This document shows, in pieces, positions 41,301 through 48,983 of a stretch of DNA of 64,000 bases; position 1 is the first letter of the stretch, and each line of letters opens with the position of its first letter. The notes beneath the pieces were generated by a model that saw nothing but the letters and a program-made list of their open reading frames with translations, was not told the origin of the DNA and searched no databases. The stretch comes from an uncultured Clostridia bacterium (GTDB taxonomy: Bacteria > Bacillota > Clostridia > TANB77 > UBA1234). The position numbers were made by a program, and so were the translations under genes. The DNA lies in assembly GCA_934149405.1 (NCBI GenBank), contig CAKPEV010000002.1:194489-258488 (forward strand), in the 5' to 3' direction.

Positions 41301-44300
41301 AAGTAAATTTGATACATCGAAAGTGACCGATATGTCAATGATGTTTTATGCCTGCGGTAGGTTGACAAATTTAGATGTGAATAATTTTAATACATCAAAA
41401 GTAACTAATATGAAAACAATGTTTGGCTCTTGCTATAGCTTAAAAACTCTACAACTAAGCAACAAATTTGTTATACCTGCATCAAATAATACAAACATGT
41501 TTACAAACACTACAAACTTAACCTCAATCATCCTAGTAGACAGCACACCTCTTGCAGGTCAATTTACAAACGTTAAAGCTCAACTAGACGGCAAGACATT
41601 CTACGTACCAAGCAAATCTGCAGAAACAGCTTACGAAACATCTTGGGCAGCAGATTTCACAGCAGATAGAATTCAGCCAATTCTAGAATTAGTAGGCGAT
41701 GAAAATGTTACTATAGATGTTGGTGCTACATACACAGATGCAGGTTACACAGTTGCTGGTTTAACAATAGCCGACGAGAAATATTACACACCTTATGGTT
41801 ATAAGGTTACAAAGACTGGCGAAGTTATAACAAGCACAGTTGGTGTATATCAAATAAAATATGAAATAACAAGAACATATAACAACGCAGGTGTGGCACA
41901 AACAGACACACTAATGAATGTTACAAGAAATGTTATTGTGAAGGGTTCAATTGCAACAAGTATGATAACAGAATGGACAATACCATCTGCTAACACAACA
42001 ATAAAATTACCGGTTCAATCACATGGTGGAAATAGTCTAAATATCACAGTTGACTGGGGAGATGGTTCGGCAGTTCAAACTGTTACAACAAACTTCCCGA
42101 CGCATACTTATACAACTGCTGGAACGTATGATATAACAGTAAGTGGAACATGTCCAGCATGGGGATATATGGGCTCTGGAAGAGTATCAACAACATTGAA
42201 TAGCGATTATTATACATACACACAATATTTAACAAAAGTAAAACAATTTGGTGAACTAAATGCTCAATACTATGGATTTTCACAGTGCACAAATTTAACT
42301 TCTGTTAAAGGTGCAACGACAAATTCTACTTCAAATGTTACTACTATGGCAAATATGTTCTATTCTTGCCAGAGATTGAAAGAATTGGATTTAACAAATT
42401 TTGACACGTCGAAAGTAACAGATATGAATCATATGTTATTTAAAGCGGGAGTACAAGAGATTGATTTATCTTCATTTAATACAAGCAGTGTTACGAATAT
42501 GTCTGCTATGTTTGGACAATGTGGCTTTCTTACTAAGGTAAATCTATCTAGTTTTAACACTAGCAAAGTAACTAATATGACAGAGATGTTTATAGATTGT
42601 AGTGATTTAACTAATTTGGACTTAAGTAAATTCAAAACATCAAAAGTTACATACATGAATGAGATGTTTAGCAATTGTACTAGTTTGAAAAGCTTGAAAG
42701 TTTCTGCTCTTAACTTTAATACAGTAAATGTCATCAATATGAGAAGAATGTTTTACAATTGCAGTAGTTTGACTGAAATCCCAGTTGCGAAATTTAACAC
42801 TTCAAAGGTTACTAACTTTGACGAAATGTTTGCAAGATGTAGTTCGCTTAAAACATTAAATCTTTCTAACTTTGTTGTGAGCAATTATTTTGAAGGTGAC
42901 GATAGTAATAGTATGCTTAACGGTTGTACTAGCCTAAGGAGCATACAAATTAGTTCAACTTTTAAAGTGCCAATGAGCAAGATGTTTTTGAATACTCCTA
43001 ATTTGACTGCAATAATTGTTTTAGGAAATACTCCTTCTGCAGAACAATTTTCACCATGCATAGAAGACTTGGAAGGAAAAACATTTTATGTTACAGATGA
43101 GGAATTTCTAGAGATTTATAGAAAAGCATGGGAAAAGGGCTTTAGTGAAGATAGAATTAAGCCTTTACTAGAACTTAAAGGTAGCTCGCCTATAACAATA
43201 ACTAAAGGAACTAACTATGTCGATGCTGGATATACTATTGCTGGCTTTACAGAAGAAGACGAAATTTATTATAGTGTTTATGGATATAGTGCAACAGTAA
43301 AAAGTACAGTAGACTCTTCTGTGATTGGAAGTTATTCTGTAACGTATACTTTAAAACGTAAAGATAGTTCATCAGGACTTGGAATGGTAGAAATATTAAT
43401 GAATGTTGTAAGAATAGTCGTAGTAGAGGAAGGTAATATTGTAGGACTAGATATTATTCCTCCAACAGGTAGTATAACAGTTAAAGATGCTACAATCAGA
43501 AATAATATTAACTATGTTCCATCAAACAATGTTACATTAGAGATTTCGGCACAAGATAATATTTCAACTTCTTCGGAGATTAAAGTTTATATTACGACTG
43601 AAGCAATAGATTTAACTAAAAAAATTGCTGATGCTTTATGGGAAAATTACAGCAATGGTATGACAAAGACTATTACAATTACAAATCTTTCGACGACAAC
43701 AAGAATATATGCATTATTTAAAGATGCTGCTGGAAACACATCTGCTGCATTCACTGGAGCAGATACAGAGTATAGCATAATATACAATTTGAATGGTGGT
43801 ACAGGTAGCATTGAAAATGGAACTGCAAATTACGGTTCACCTGCAATTTTAAGTAACAAGGTTCCTACTAAGAGTGGTATGTATTTCTTAGGATGGAGCA
43901 CAAATGCCTCTGCTACAGTTGCTAGTTACAAGGCTGGCGGAATAATGCAAGCAGATACATTTAGTGGAACAAATAAAAACATAAATTTATATGCTGTTTG
44001 GGGAAACAAGCCTTTAATTTCTGAGGTGGTAGAGATTGGTGATTTAATTGATTTGCCAATATATTATAACGATTTGTCTGGAAATAACAGAACAGATTGG
44101 AAAGTGATTTCAAAGGTTGAAAACAGTACTACAGGCAGAAGTTCAGTTGTTGTGATAAGTACTGGTATACCGTTAACATTAGCAAATACATCTGCAGATT
44201 TAGTAAATGATTTCTTTAATATGAATAACTATTCGGAAAATGGATTTGAAAATAACATAGAGTTGAGCGAGTTGTTTTTAAACAAGTATGTAGATGTTAG

Positions 44301-45543
44301 TGATGAAAAGCCAAATGTTAAAGGAACTAAAAATGGCAACAATGTGTACGTGTTAATTACACTAAAAGATTTGACGTTAACTGCAGGAAAGAATGCGTAT
44401 GATAAATGGAGCGCAGAAAAACAATTAGATAAGATAACTGTAAGCTTTAATGCAAACGGTGGAACTTTAACGGAAGTTAGCAAGGACGTTGTATATGCTG
44501 GAAAATACGGCATACTTCCAACACCTACAAGAGAGGGATATCAATTTGACGGTTGGTATACAAGAAGTGTTGATGGCACATTGGTTAAAGATACAACAAA
44601 AGTTACAAAAAACTATAACCATACATTGTATGCACATTGGACATCGATTGGATATACATTTGTATTATCATTTGATTCAAATGGTGGAACAGGAACTATG
44701 ACAACGCAGTCATACAGAGAAGGCAAAGCGCAAGCAATTAAAGCAAATACATTTACAAAAGCAGGATATACATTCGCAGGTTGGGCAACAAGCGCAAATG
44801 GAGGAGTTGTTTATGCAGATAAAGCTTCTATAATATTAACAGAGAATACAACGTTATATGCGGTTTGGAATAAGCTGACTACACCAAGTAATTTCTGGAT
44901 AAATTCATACGGAAAAACATCTGCATCTTTAGGAGATATATGGGCTAGTTGGGATGATGTTGAAGGAGCAACATCGTATACTATTGCATATTCTACAGAT
45001 AATTCGACATGGACAGAGAAAACAGAAAGTGCTAGTTTGGCAACACCTATTAAGAATGGATATTGGCCACAAACGAATGGACATTATTACGTAAAGGTTA
45101 AAGCTAATATAAATGGCGGTTCAAGTGATTGGTCAGAAGTAAGAGAAATAAAATACGAGTATATAAGATTGGGTGTATCTGATGGAAGTACACAACTTAA
45201 AGAAGTAAGGTTGCTTTTGGTAGGTGGATATACAATATTCCTAAAAGAGAAAACGAGTGATACAATAAGTATATCAGCATACTATGGTGGTGGAGTTCCA
45301 GGAAACAACCATACAGATGAGATACTAGAAGACGAATATATACAAGGAAGATCATGGTATACTAATGATTCAACACCTTCTCAAGTTAAACCGGTAGTAA
45401 TAGAGCTTTATGCTGGTGAAGCGGGTACATGGAAGGAAAGTTCATCAGGAAGTACAACCGGGTATTATACAACACCATATACAATTGTTTTATATGGTTC
45501 GTCAACGTTACAAGACAGGATTGAATATGTACCAATGTATTAA
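35326..45543 (+). CDS. N-terminally anchored giant surface protein with four iterated [PKD-like cap + DUF285/BspA LRR array + Ig-like] super-modules, Flg_new repeats and FN3
   Basis: The ORF track starts at ATG 35317. ATG 35326 is better placed, 8 nt after the AAAGGA Shine-Dalgarno (35312-17). The TM helix is AIITSLIIIMVGIIALGIG. LRR arrays lie at ~36880-37995, 38869-40037, 40900-41470 and 42322-42965. Flg_new repeats are present (FNANGGTL.., FDSNGGTG..), and an FN3-like unit (..ATSYTIAYSTDNSTW..) lies near the C-terminus. Confidence 0.9.
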   Translation: MKNKAIITSLIIIMVGIIALGIGWHKIFDASATKPNLIECKGHIDKNQDMSCDICGAILSGESDTKYKTVKNTLESGTTIEVKGDMPSNAVLTTKEITREVATNIAKRYIPLDDDKVLYAYDISMVLKNKKYQPENYGKDVNITLTNLEIEDQKDVAVMHIIDNKSYEIMKLDELTKNKVSFKTTSFSTYIVLKVATYNVTFTGTGNFEVQTIRGNKITNSTELVSGTNFTFVVTPKAGYGISGITTSNGTITTNGDVLRKTATIDNITQATTITVTTVAAPVVTKQPVTVKVNSGETAIYTVTAQNATTYEWQYRTNENDYWKSASEIGTTNNGTLTITNVTDAINGYSIRCMLSNDSFDNGYEVKTDMAYVILAEGTLQMPVAIDEPIKEESKMITLWSIPYANTTIKLPVQSYGETALNITVSWGDGATETVTTAFPTHTYANVGIYEIKVWGTCPIWGYASADDVTKTRNSDYYTYTQYLIKVKQFGELSATRYGFARCTKLTEFSGQNLVTSKTFEKTTRMDYMFKGCNKLTNLDLSNFDTSKVTNMSNMFSFCSSLLTLDLSKFNTSNVTNMSDMFIGCELTTLDLSKFDTSSVTDMSGMFEYCDKLTNLDLSNFDTSSVTDMSYMFWFCKSMTSLNLSNFNTSKVTNMSKMFGACYDLTSLDVSKFDTSKVTNMSKMFSSCSKVASLEVNNFDTSNVTDISGMFSGCSSLISLDISKFDTSKVTSMSSMFYECSSLTSLDVSEFDTSKVMDMIEMFYNCSSLTSLDVSKFNTSKVTVMAGMFYNCSSLTSLDVSNFNTSNVVRGTNEVDASMRYMFAGCSNLTSLDVSNFDTSKVTSMDEMFAGCSNLTSLDVGNFDTSKVTSMYEMFAACTSLKSLQLSNKFFIPASNNTDMFTNTTNLKSIILVDGTPLAGQFTNIKAQLDGKTIYVPSKSAETAYETSWSTDFSGDRIQPILELVGDENVTINAGETYTDAGYTVAGFDTANSGDYTVYGYNVTTSGEVNTAVAGTYKIDYTITRTYTNAGTTKTDTLMTVTRNITVKEVIKEESKMITEWNVSGDAGLTIKLPAQSSGDVALNITVDWGDGTAEQTVTTSFPTHTYATAGTYEIKVWGTCPKWGYASSSYVSTTSNSDYYTYTQYLSKVKQFGELGAQQYGFSHCKSLKEVSGENLVTGKTFEKTTDMSGMFFWCSNLTSLDVSGFDTSKVTNMSGMFYNCSKLTSLDVSGFDTSKVTNMSFMFYICSKLTSLDVSGFDTSKVTNMSYMFPYCNLTSLDVSGFDTSKVTTMSHMFYCCKNLTSLDVSKFNTSKVTDMSYMFYICSKLTSLDVSGFDTSKVKNMEYMFYNCRNLTSLDVSGFDTSNVTNMRFMFGNCSNLTSLDVSKFNTSKVTDMSSMFYNCMNLTSLDVSGFDTSNVTIMEWMFYKCSKLTSLDVSGFNTSNVTTMSNMFSDCSNLTSLDVSGFDTSKVKNMEYMFYNCRNLTSLDVSGFDTSNVTNMRFMFGNCSNLTSLDVSGFDTLNVTNMSGMFYKCSKLMSLDVSNFDTSKVTNMTEMFKGCTSLKSLQISNKFVIPTSDNTNIFTNTPNLTSIILVDSTPLAGQFTNIKAQLDGKTFYVPSKVAETAYETSWVADFSGDRIQPILELVGDENVTINAGDTYTDAGYTVAGFDTTNSGDYTVYGYNVTTSGEVNTAVAGTYKIDYTITRTYNNAGTTKTDTLMTVTRNITVKEVIKEESKMITEWTIPSANATIKLPVQGTGLNITVDWGDGTAEQTVTTSFPTHTYATAGTYEIKVWGTCPKWGYANLGSVSTTSNSDYYTSTQYLTKVKQFGELSAVQYGFAQCKNLIEVSGENLVTSKTFEKTTNMSYMFYYCSSLTSLDVSKFDTSKVTNMSYMFSRCGLISLDISNFNTFKVTDMSYMFGVRSVNNEVSSGIKEIKGLENINTSNVISMMGMFQCCTELEYIDVSNFDTSKVTNMSWMFDCCSNLTNLNVSKFDTSKVTDMSMMFYACGRLTNLDVNNFNTSKVTNMKTMFGSCYSLKTLQLSNKFVIPASNNTNMFTNTTNLTSIILVDSTPLAGQFTNVKAQLDGKTFYVPSKSAETAYETSWAADFTADRIQPILELVGDENVTIDVGATYTDAGYTVAGLTIADEKYYTPYGYKVTKTGEVITSTVGVYQIKYEITRTYNNAGVAQTDTLMNVTRNVIVKGSIATSMITEWTIPSANTTIKLPVQSHGGNSLNITVDWGDGSAVQTVTTNFPTHTYTTAGTYDITVSGTCPAWGYMGSGRVSTTLNSDYYTYTQYLTKVKQFGELNAQYYGFSQCTNLTSVKGATTNSTSNVTTMANMFYSCQRLKELDLTNFDTSKVTDMNHMLFKAGVQEIDLSSFNTSSVTNMSAMFGQCGFLTKVNLSSFNTSKVTNMTEMFIDCSDLTNLDLSKFKTSKVTYMNEMFSNCTSLKSLKVSALNFNTVNVINMRRMFYNCSSLTEIPVAKFNTSKVTNFDEMFARCSSLKTLNLSNFVVSNYFEGDDSNSMLNGCTSLRSIQISSTFKVPMSKMFLNTPNLTAIIVLGNTPSAEQFSPCIEDLEGKTFYVTDEEFLEIYRKAWEKGFSEDRIKPLLELKGSSPITITKGTNYVDAGYTIAGFTEEDEIYYSVYGYSATVKSTVDSSVIGSYSVTYTLKRKDSSSGLGMVEILMNVVRIVVVEEGNIVGLDIIPPTGSITVKDATIRNNINYVPSNNVTLEISAQDNISTSSEIKVYITTEAIDLTKKIADALWENYSNGMTKTITITNLSTTTRIYALFKDAAGNTSAAFTGADTEYSIIYNLNGGTGSIENGTANYGSPAILSNKVPTKSGMYFLGWSTNASATVASYKAGGIMQADTFSGTNKNINLYAVWGNKPLISEVVEIGDLIDLPIYYNDLSGNNRTDWKVISKVENSTTGRSSVVVISTGIPLTLANTSADLVNDFFNMNNYSENGFENNIELSELFLNKYVDVSDEKPNVKGTKNGNNVYVLITLKDLTLTAGKNAYDKWSAEKQLDKITVSFNANGGTLTEVSKDVVYAGKYGILPTPTREGYQFDGWYTRSVDGTLVKDTTKVTKNYNHTLYAHWTSIGYTFVLSFDSNGGTGTMTTQSYREGKAQAIKANTFTKAGYTFAGWATSANGGVVYADKASIILTENTTLYAVWNKLTTPSNFWINSYGKTSASLGDIWASWDDVEGATSYTIAYSTDNSTWTEKTESASLATPIKNGYWPQTNGHYYVKVKANINGGSSDWSEVREIKYEYIRLGVSDGSTQLKEVRLLLVGGYTIFLKEKTSDTISISAYYGGGVPGNNHTDEILEDEYIQGRSWYTNDSTPSQVKPVVIELYAGEAGTWKESSSGSTTGYYTTPYTIVLYGSSTLQDRIEYVPMY
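36880..37995 (+). repeat. in-frame 78-nt LRR repeat array A (~14 units, approximate bounds)
   Basis: Periodic M-x-x-MF-x-x-C-x-x-L-T-x-LD-[LV]-S-x-F-[DN]-TS-x-VT units in the translation. Confidence 0.8.
38869..40037 (+). repeat. in-frame 78-nt LRR repeat array B (15 units) containing an exact 177-bp duplication
   Basis: 39307-39483 is identical to 39697-39873 (offset 390 nt, which is 5 units). Many units are near-identical to units of the 30295 gene. Confidence 0.9.
40900..41470 (+). repeat. in-frame LRR repeat array C (approximate bounds, more divergent)
   Basis: The same 26-residue periodicity, with one irregular insert (..GVRSVNNEVSSGIKEIKGLENINTSNV..). Confidence 0.7.
42322..42965 (+). 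repeat. in-frame LRR repeat array D (approximate bounds, most divergent)
   Basis: Periodic ..M-x-x-MF-x-x-C-x-x-L-x-x-[LV]-[DN]-LS-x-F-[KN]-TS-KVT.. units. Confidence 0.7.
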
Positions 45544-45564
45544 TTTTAAGAAAGGATGGCACGT

Positions 45565-47601
45565 ATGAAGAAAAAAGAAATTATAGCAAGCCTAATATCT
45601 ATAACGGTAGGTGCAATAATTCTGGCGGTTGGCTGGCACAAACTTGCCAGCACGAGCCGAAATAATTTAATATCGTGCAAGCATGTTGATGAAAATATAG
45701 ACATGATTTGTGATTCATGTGGTGCTAGCCTTTCTTTTAAAGCTTATGCTTTTGAGCAGGAACTAAAAAAGAGTATTAGCGGTGATGAAACTATACAAGC
45801 GAAAGGCGACATGTTAAGCGGGACCGAGCTTGTGGCTAGTAAATTAGAAAATGCCGATACGATTGCACTTGCTAAAAAGCATATACCTACACTTAAAGAT
45901 GAAGATATTATTGCAGGATATGATATTTCAATGCTTGTTAATAATATGAAATTCGAGCCGAAAAAATATGGCGAAAGTGTAAATATTAGCATTGATGGAT
46001 TAAGTGTAAAAGATAAAGAAAACATGGCGATGCTACACATATTAGGTGATTTTACATACGAAATAATTCCGCTAGATAGTTTTAGCAAAAACAAGATTGG
46101 TTTTAATGCCACTAGTTTTTCAACGTATATATTGGTTACTTTAGGAACATATAGTGTTACGTTTTCCGGCGACGGAGATGTTACAATTCTTGACCAATAT
46201 GGTGTAGAATTAAAGAATAATTCTACAATAGATGGTGGCACAAATTTCACATTTACGATAGTTTCGAATGATGGATATGAGCTAAAAGGTGCTACGCTTG
46301 CAAACAGCGGAGTGGCAACGATAAGTGGCGTTGGAAATGGTTATGGTAAAACTTTTACAGTTAAGAATATAACTTCTAATTTGACCATTAATATTAACAC
46401 GATTGAGTTGCCTATGATTGTTTCTAATCCAAAGACGCAAAAGATTAAAGATGGTTCATCTGCAAGTTTTAGCGTTACTGGTGAAAATGTTAAAAAGGTT
46501 GTTTGGGAATACAGAGAAAGTGGAGATGCCGAATGGAAATCTACAAACGAAGTTTGGGGTTACTCGATGTTACAAGGTACAACATCAACATTTAGTACAG
46601 GAACAGTAAGCGAAGATAAGAGTGGATATCAACTAAGAGCTTTGTTATATGCTGAAACAACATCAACAAAGCCAACGATATCAGAGTCCGCAATGTTAAT
46701 CGCTATGCAAGATGTTGTGACGGTTGATATTAGGTCTACGCTAATACCAGAACATCCTATTATAATAACTTCTAGACCAGCAGGTGTTTGGGGTTATACA
46801 GATGTTTCATTCACAATGGTAAATGGGGGAAATTTGCCTGAGAATCAAACGTTGCAATACAAGATTGGAAATGGTGCTTGGACAGATTATTTAGCTGAAA
46901 CAGTGATTAATACAGAAGGAACTACATTACTATATGGTAGAGCTATAAATGCAGATGACACAAAATATATAAGCGAAGAAGTAGTTGTTGAAATCAAGAT
47001 TGATAAAACTACTCCATATATTACAGTTAATAAGATTACTGATTCTTCGGTTGAGTTTACTGCATCAGATGCACTTTCAGGTGTTGCAGCTTGGGCTGTG
47101 ACAGATGGTACAACAGCTCCTAAGAACAAAGTAACAACAGATTCTGTTTCTGGAGATAAGTTAAATACATGGTATTCAGTTTCAGGTATTGCTACACCAA
47201 TGGATTTGAGTTTTGAAGGTTTGAGTTTGGGTACATATTATATCTGGTTAAAGGATAGAGCGGGAAATATATGCACACCTAAAGATATAACAATATACAA
47301 AGACATCATGGCACCTATCGGAAGTTTGAAGATTGTTGGTAATGAAGTTGATGGGGCTACGTATGTAAATAATACAAGCGTAAAATTGATACTAACAGCA
47401 ATAGACAACATTACAGATACAGCAAAGATAAAGATGAAAATACTAAATAAAGAAGAATTTGATAATTTGAAAACACTTGACGATATAGTGTGGGAAGACT
47501 ATAAAAACGAGGTGACATGGCAGATACCAAGCAATGACGGAGTGAAGAGAGTTTATTTGTTATTGAAGGATGAGGCGGGAAATGTTTCATTGTCATTGTA
47601 A
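45565..47601 (+). CDS. N-terminally anchored surface protein; paralog of the N-terminal ~390 aa of the 35326 gene plus Ig-like C-terminal modules, without LRR
   Basis: The ORF track starts at ATG 45556; ATG 45565 follows the same gaaaggatggcac[ag]tatga start context as 35326. The TM helix is IIASLISITVGAIILAVG and it carries the same C..H-x-D-x-N-x-DM-x-CD-x-CG motif. The C-terminus is a KD-x-AGN Ig-like module like the end of the 2..16225 gene. Confidence 0.85.
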   Translation: MKKKEIIASLISITVGAIILAVGWHKLASTSRNNLISCKHVDENIDMICDSCGASLSFKAYAFEQELKKSISGDETIQAKGDMLSGTELVASKLENADTIALAKKHIPTLKDEDIIAGYDISMLVNNMKFEPKKYGESVNISIDGLSVKDKENMAMLHILGDFTYEIIPLDSFSKNKIGFNATSFSTYILVTLGTYSVTFSGDGDVTILDQYGVELKNNSTIDGGTNFTFTIVSNDGYELKGATLANSGVATISGVGNGYGKTFTVKNITSNLTININTIELPMIVSNPKTQKIKDGSSASFSVTGENVKKVVWEYRESGDAEWKSTNEVWGYSMLQGTTSTFSTGTVSEDKSGYQLRALLYAETTSTKPTISESAMLIAMQDVVTVDIRSTLIPEHPIIITSRPAGVWGYTDVSFTMVNGGNLPENQTLQYKIGNGAWTDYLAETVINTEGTTLLYGRAINADDTKYISEEVVVEIKIDKTTPYITVNKITDSSVEFTASDALSGVAAWAVTDGTTAPKNKVTTDSVSGDKLNTWYSVSGIATPMDLSFEGLSLGTYYIWLKDRAGNICTPKDITIYKDIMAPIGSLKIVGNEVDGATYVNNTSVKLILTAIDNITDTAKIKMKILNKEEFDNLKTLDDIVWEDYKNEVTWQIPSNDGVKRVYLLLKDEAGNVSLSL

Positions 47602-47670
47602 AAATAGTGGTCTAAAGTGATTTAAAAAGTATTAGTATAAATATTTATGATTTATAAATAAAATTTAAAA

Positions 47671-47707
47671 AGAGGTTCATTTCCAATATGAAAATGGCCT
47701 CTTTTTT
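47671..47707 (+). terminator. probable intrinsic terminator of the surface-protein operon
   Basis: agagg..ttcc (47671-84) pairs imperfectly with g.aaa..cctct (47690-702) and is followed by TTTTTT. The stem has an internal loop. Confidence 0.55.
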
Positions 47708-47755
47708 ATGTTGAAGTAGATAATTTATTTTACAATTTGTAAACGCAAAATATAG

Positions 47756-47784
47756 TTGCTAACGATAAAAAAGTGGTGTATACT
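47756..47784 (+). promoter_or_regulatory. putative sigma-A promoter
   Basis: TTGCTA (47756-61), 17 nt, TATACT (47779-84), upstream of the 47823 gene. Confidence 0.45.
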
Positions 47785-47822
47785 TTTTTTAGATATTTAA
47801 TTATAGTTTTGGAGGTATACTG

Positions 47823-48587
47823 ATGAATAAAAAGTCTAAGATGATTTTGATTATATGTGTAATTATTGTTGTGCTAGGCGTTGGAGGGTATTTGACTTAT
47901 AATGCAATGCATAAAGAACCTACACCACCTATTATTGATATTCCATCTGGAGATATAAAAACGCCTGAGGCAAAGGCTGATTCGATTGTTGTGCAAGATG
48001 TAAAAGTTGAAAACTATACGGATAATAGATATATAAATTGCGTGTATCCTAAGATTACAAATCTTACAGACAAAGAGTTTGAAAACTATATTAACAAGCA
48101 AATAGCTACTAATATAAACGAATATAGAAGTGAAATCGAGTATATTGTTGATGATGAAACTTTGCCTACGGAAATGTATAGATATGTTACAACATATTCA
48201 AGATATAACTGTGATAAGTATTTATCTTTGGTTATTGACCAAGATTATCAAACTGGCGGAATTCGTTCAAACAAGTGGAAAGATATATACAATATAAATG
48301 TTGAAACGCAAAGAATATTTTATCTAGAAGAGTTATTTGAGGCCGGCGCTAAGTATGAAGAGGCCATCATAGCAGAGATAACGAAACAAGCTGAGGCAAA
48401 GAACATGGAGCTTGTTGGTGGAAATGGATTGACAAAACTTCCTAAAAAACAAAAGTTTTATATAAAAGATAATAAACTTACAGTTTATTATGACCCTTCA
48501 GAGATTTCGGCAACTGCTTTTGGAGAGCAACATTTTGAAATGCCATTTACAATGAATGAAAAAGGATTTTTTGAAATAGGACAATAA
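47823..48587 (+). CDS. membrane-anchored DUF4163/DUF3298-like (RsiV/PdaC N-terminal-like) protein
   Basis: 254-aa ORF with a GGAGG Shine-Dalgarno and an N-terminal TM helix. The ..CVYPKITNLTDKEFENYINKQI.. and ..FYIKDNKLTVYYDPSEISATAFGEQHFEMPF.. segments are typical of that family, recalled from memory. Confidence 0.6.
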   Translation: MNKKSKMILIICVIIVVLGVGGYLTYNAMHKEPTPPIIDIPSGDIKTPEAKADSIVVQDVKVENYTDNRYINCVYPKITNLTDKEFENYINKQIATNINEYRSEIEYIVDDETLPTEMYRYVTTYSRYNCDKYLSLVIDQDYQTGGIRSNKWKDIYNINVETQRIFYLEELFEAGAKYEEAIIAEITKQAEAKNMELVGGNGLTKLPKKQKFYIKDNKLTVYYDPSEISATAFGEQHFEMPFTMNEKGFFEIGQ

Positions 48588-48592
48588 AATAG

Positions 48593-48621
48593 TTGACATT
48601 ATATGGCAAGCTGAATATAAT
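48593..48621 (+). promoter_or_regulatory. consensus sigma-A promoter of the cysS leader
   Basis: TTGACA (48593-98), exactly 17 nt, TATAAT (48616-21). Confidence 0.7.
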
Positions 48622-48693
48622 ATGTAGTAGTATTAGGAAGGTGAGAAATCGTCTAGGAGTCCTATAATTATTGAGATATAAGGAGATGTAAAT

Positions 48694-48735
48694 ATGATTA
48701 GAAATATACTTTTAATATGCTGTTGTACGAGATAA
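48694..48735 (+). CDS. candidate 13-codon leader peptide MIRNILLICCCTR with three consecutive Cys codons
   Basis: AAGGAG (48680-85) is 8 nt before ATG 48694. The codons tgc tgt tgt lie at 48718-26 and the stop at 48733-35. The ORF sits in the cysS leader upstream of a terminator. Confidence 0.5.
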   Translation: MIRNILLICCCTR

Positions 48736-48824
48736 ATGCTCTGTCTTAGTTAGTAGACATGAGTATTAGAAGTCGTGCCTACATAAAAGTATATTTATTA
48801 TCGAAATAATTATAATAAATTATG

Positions 48825-48868
48825 AAGCTATGTAGGCAAGTAAAATTGCAAACATAGCTTTTTGTTTT
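48825..48868 (+). terminator. intrinsic terminator (attenuator) inside the cysS leader
   Basis: Stem aagctatgt (48825-33) / acatagctt (48852-60) plus inner gcaa/ttgc pairs, followed by TTTGTTTT. It lies 116 nt upstream of the cysS ATG. Confidence 0.7.
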
Positions 48869-48983
48869 ATTCATGTGAAAGAAGAAAAAAGCGAGTAAGT
48901 TAGGAAATTTGAAAAGCCACATAGTGTATACTTATTGTAAATATTGGATTTTTGTGGTAAATTATTTGTATTGGAGGTTAGTT

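Noticed and set aside
64-47596. Dozens of 60-190-aa ORFs on the minus strand or in alternative frames inside the giant genes (for example 1122-1718, 3322-3900, 14524-14976, 20348-20845, 37692-38072, 45744-46250).
   Set aside because: They are Leu/Phe/Ile-rich or mirror the LRR periodicity. They lie entirely within long, coherent, domain-bearing plus-strand ORFs and lack Shine-Dalgarno sequences. This is the expected antisense artefact of AT-rich repetitive coding DNA.
48628-48983. A T-box riboswitch upstream of cysS, the expected regulator in Firmicutes.
   Set aside because: I could not find the conserved T-box 14-mer (..GGUGGUACCGCG-like), an AGAGA/GNUGGA-type Stem I or a specifier-loop layout by eye. 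The leader is very AT-rich and instead has a Shine-Dalgarno-preceded Cys-rich mini-ORF. A covariance-model scan is still needed.
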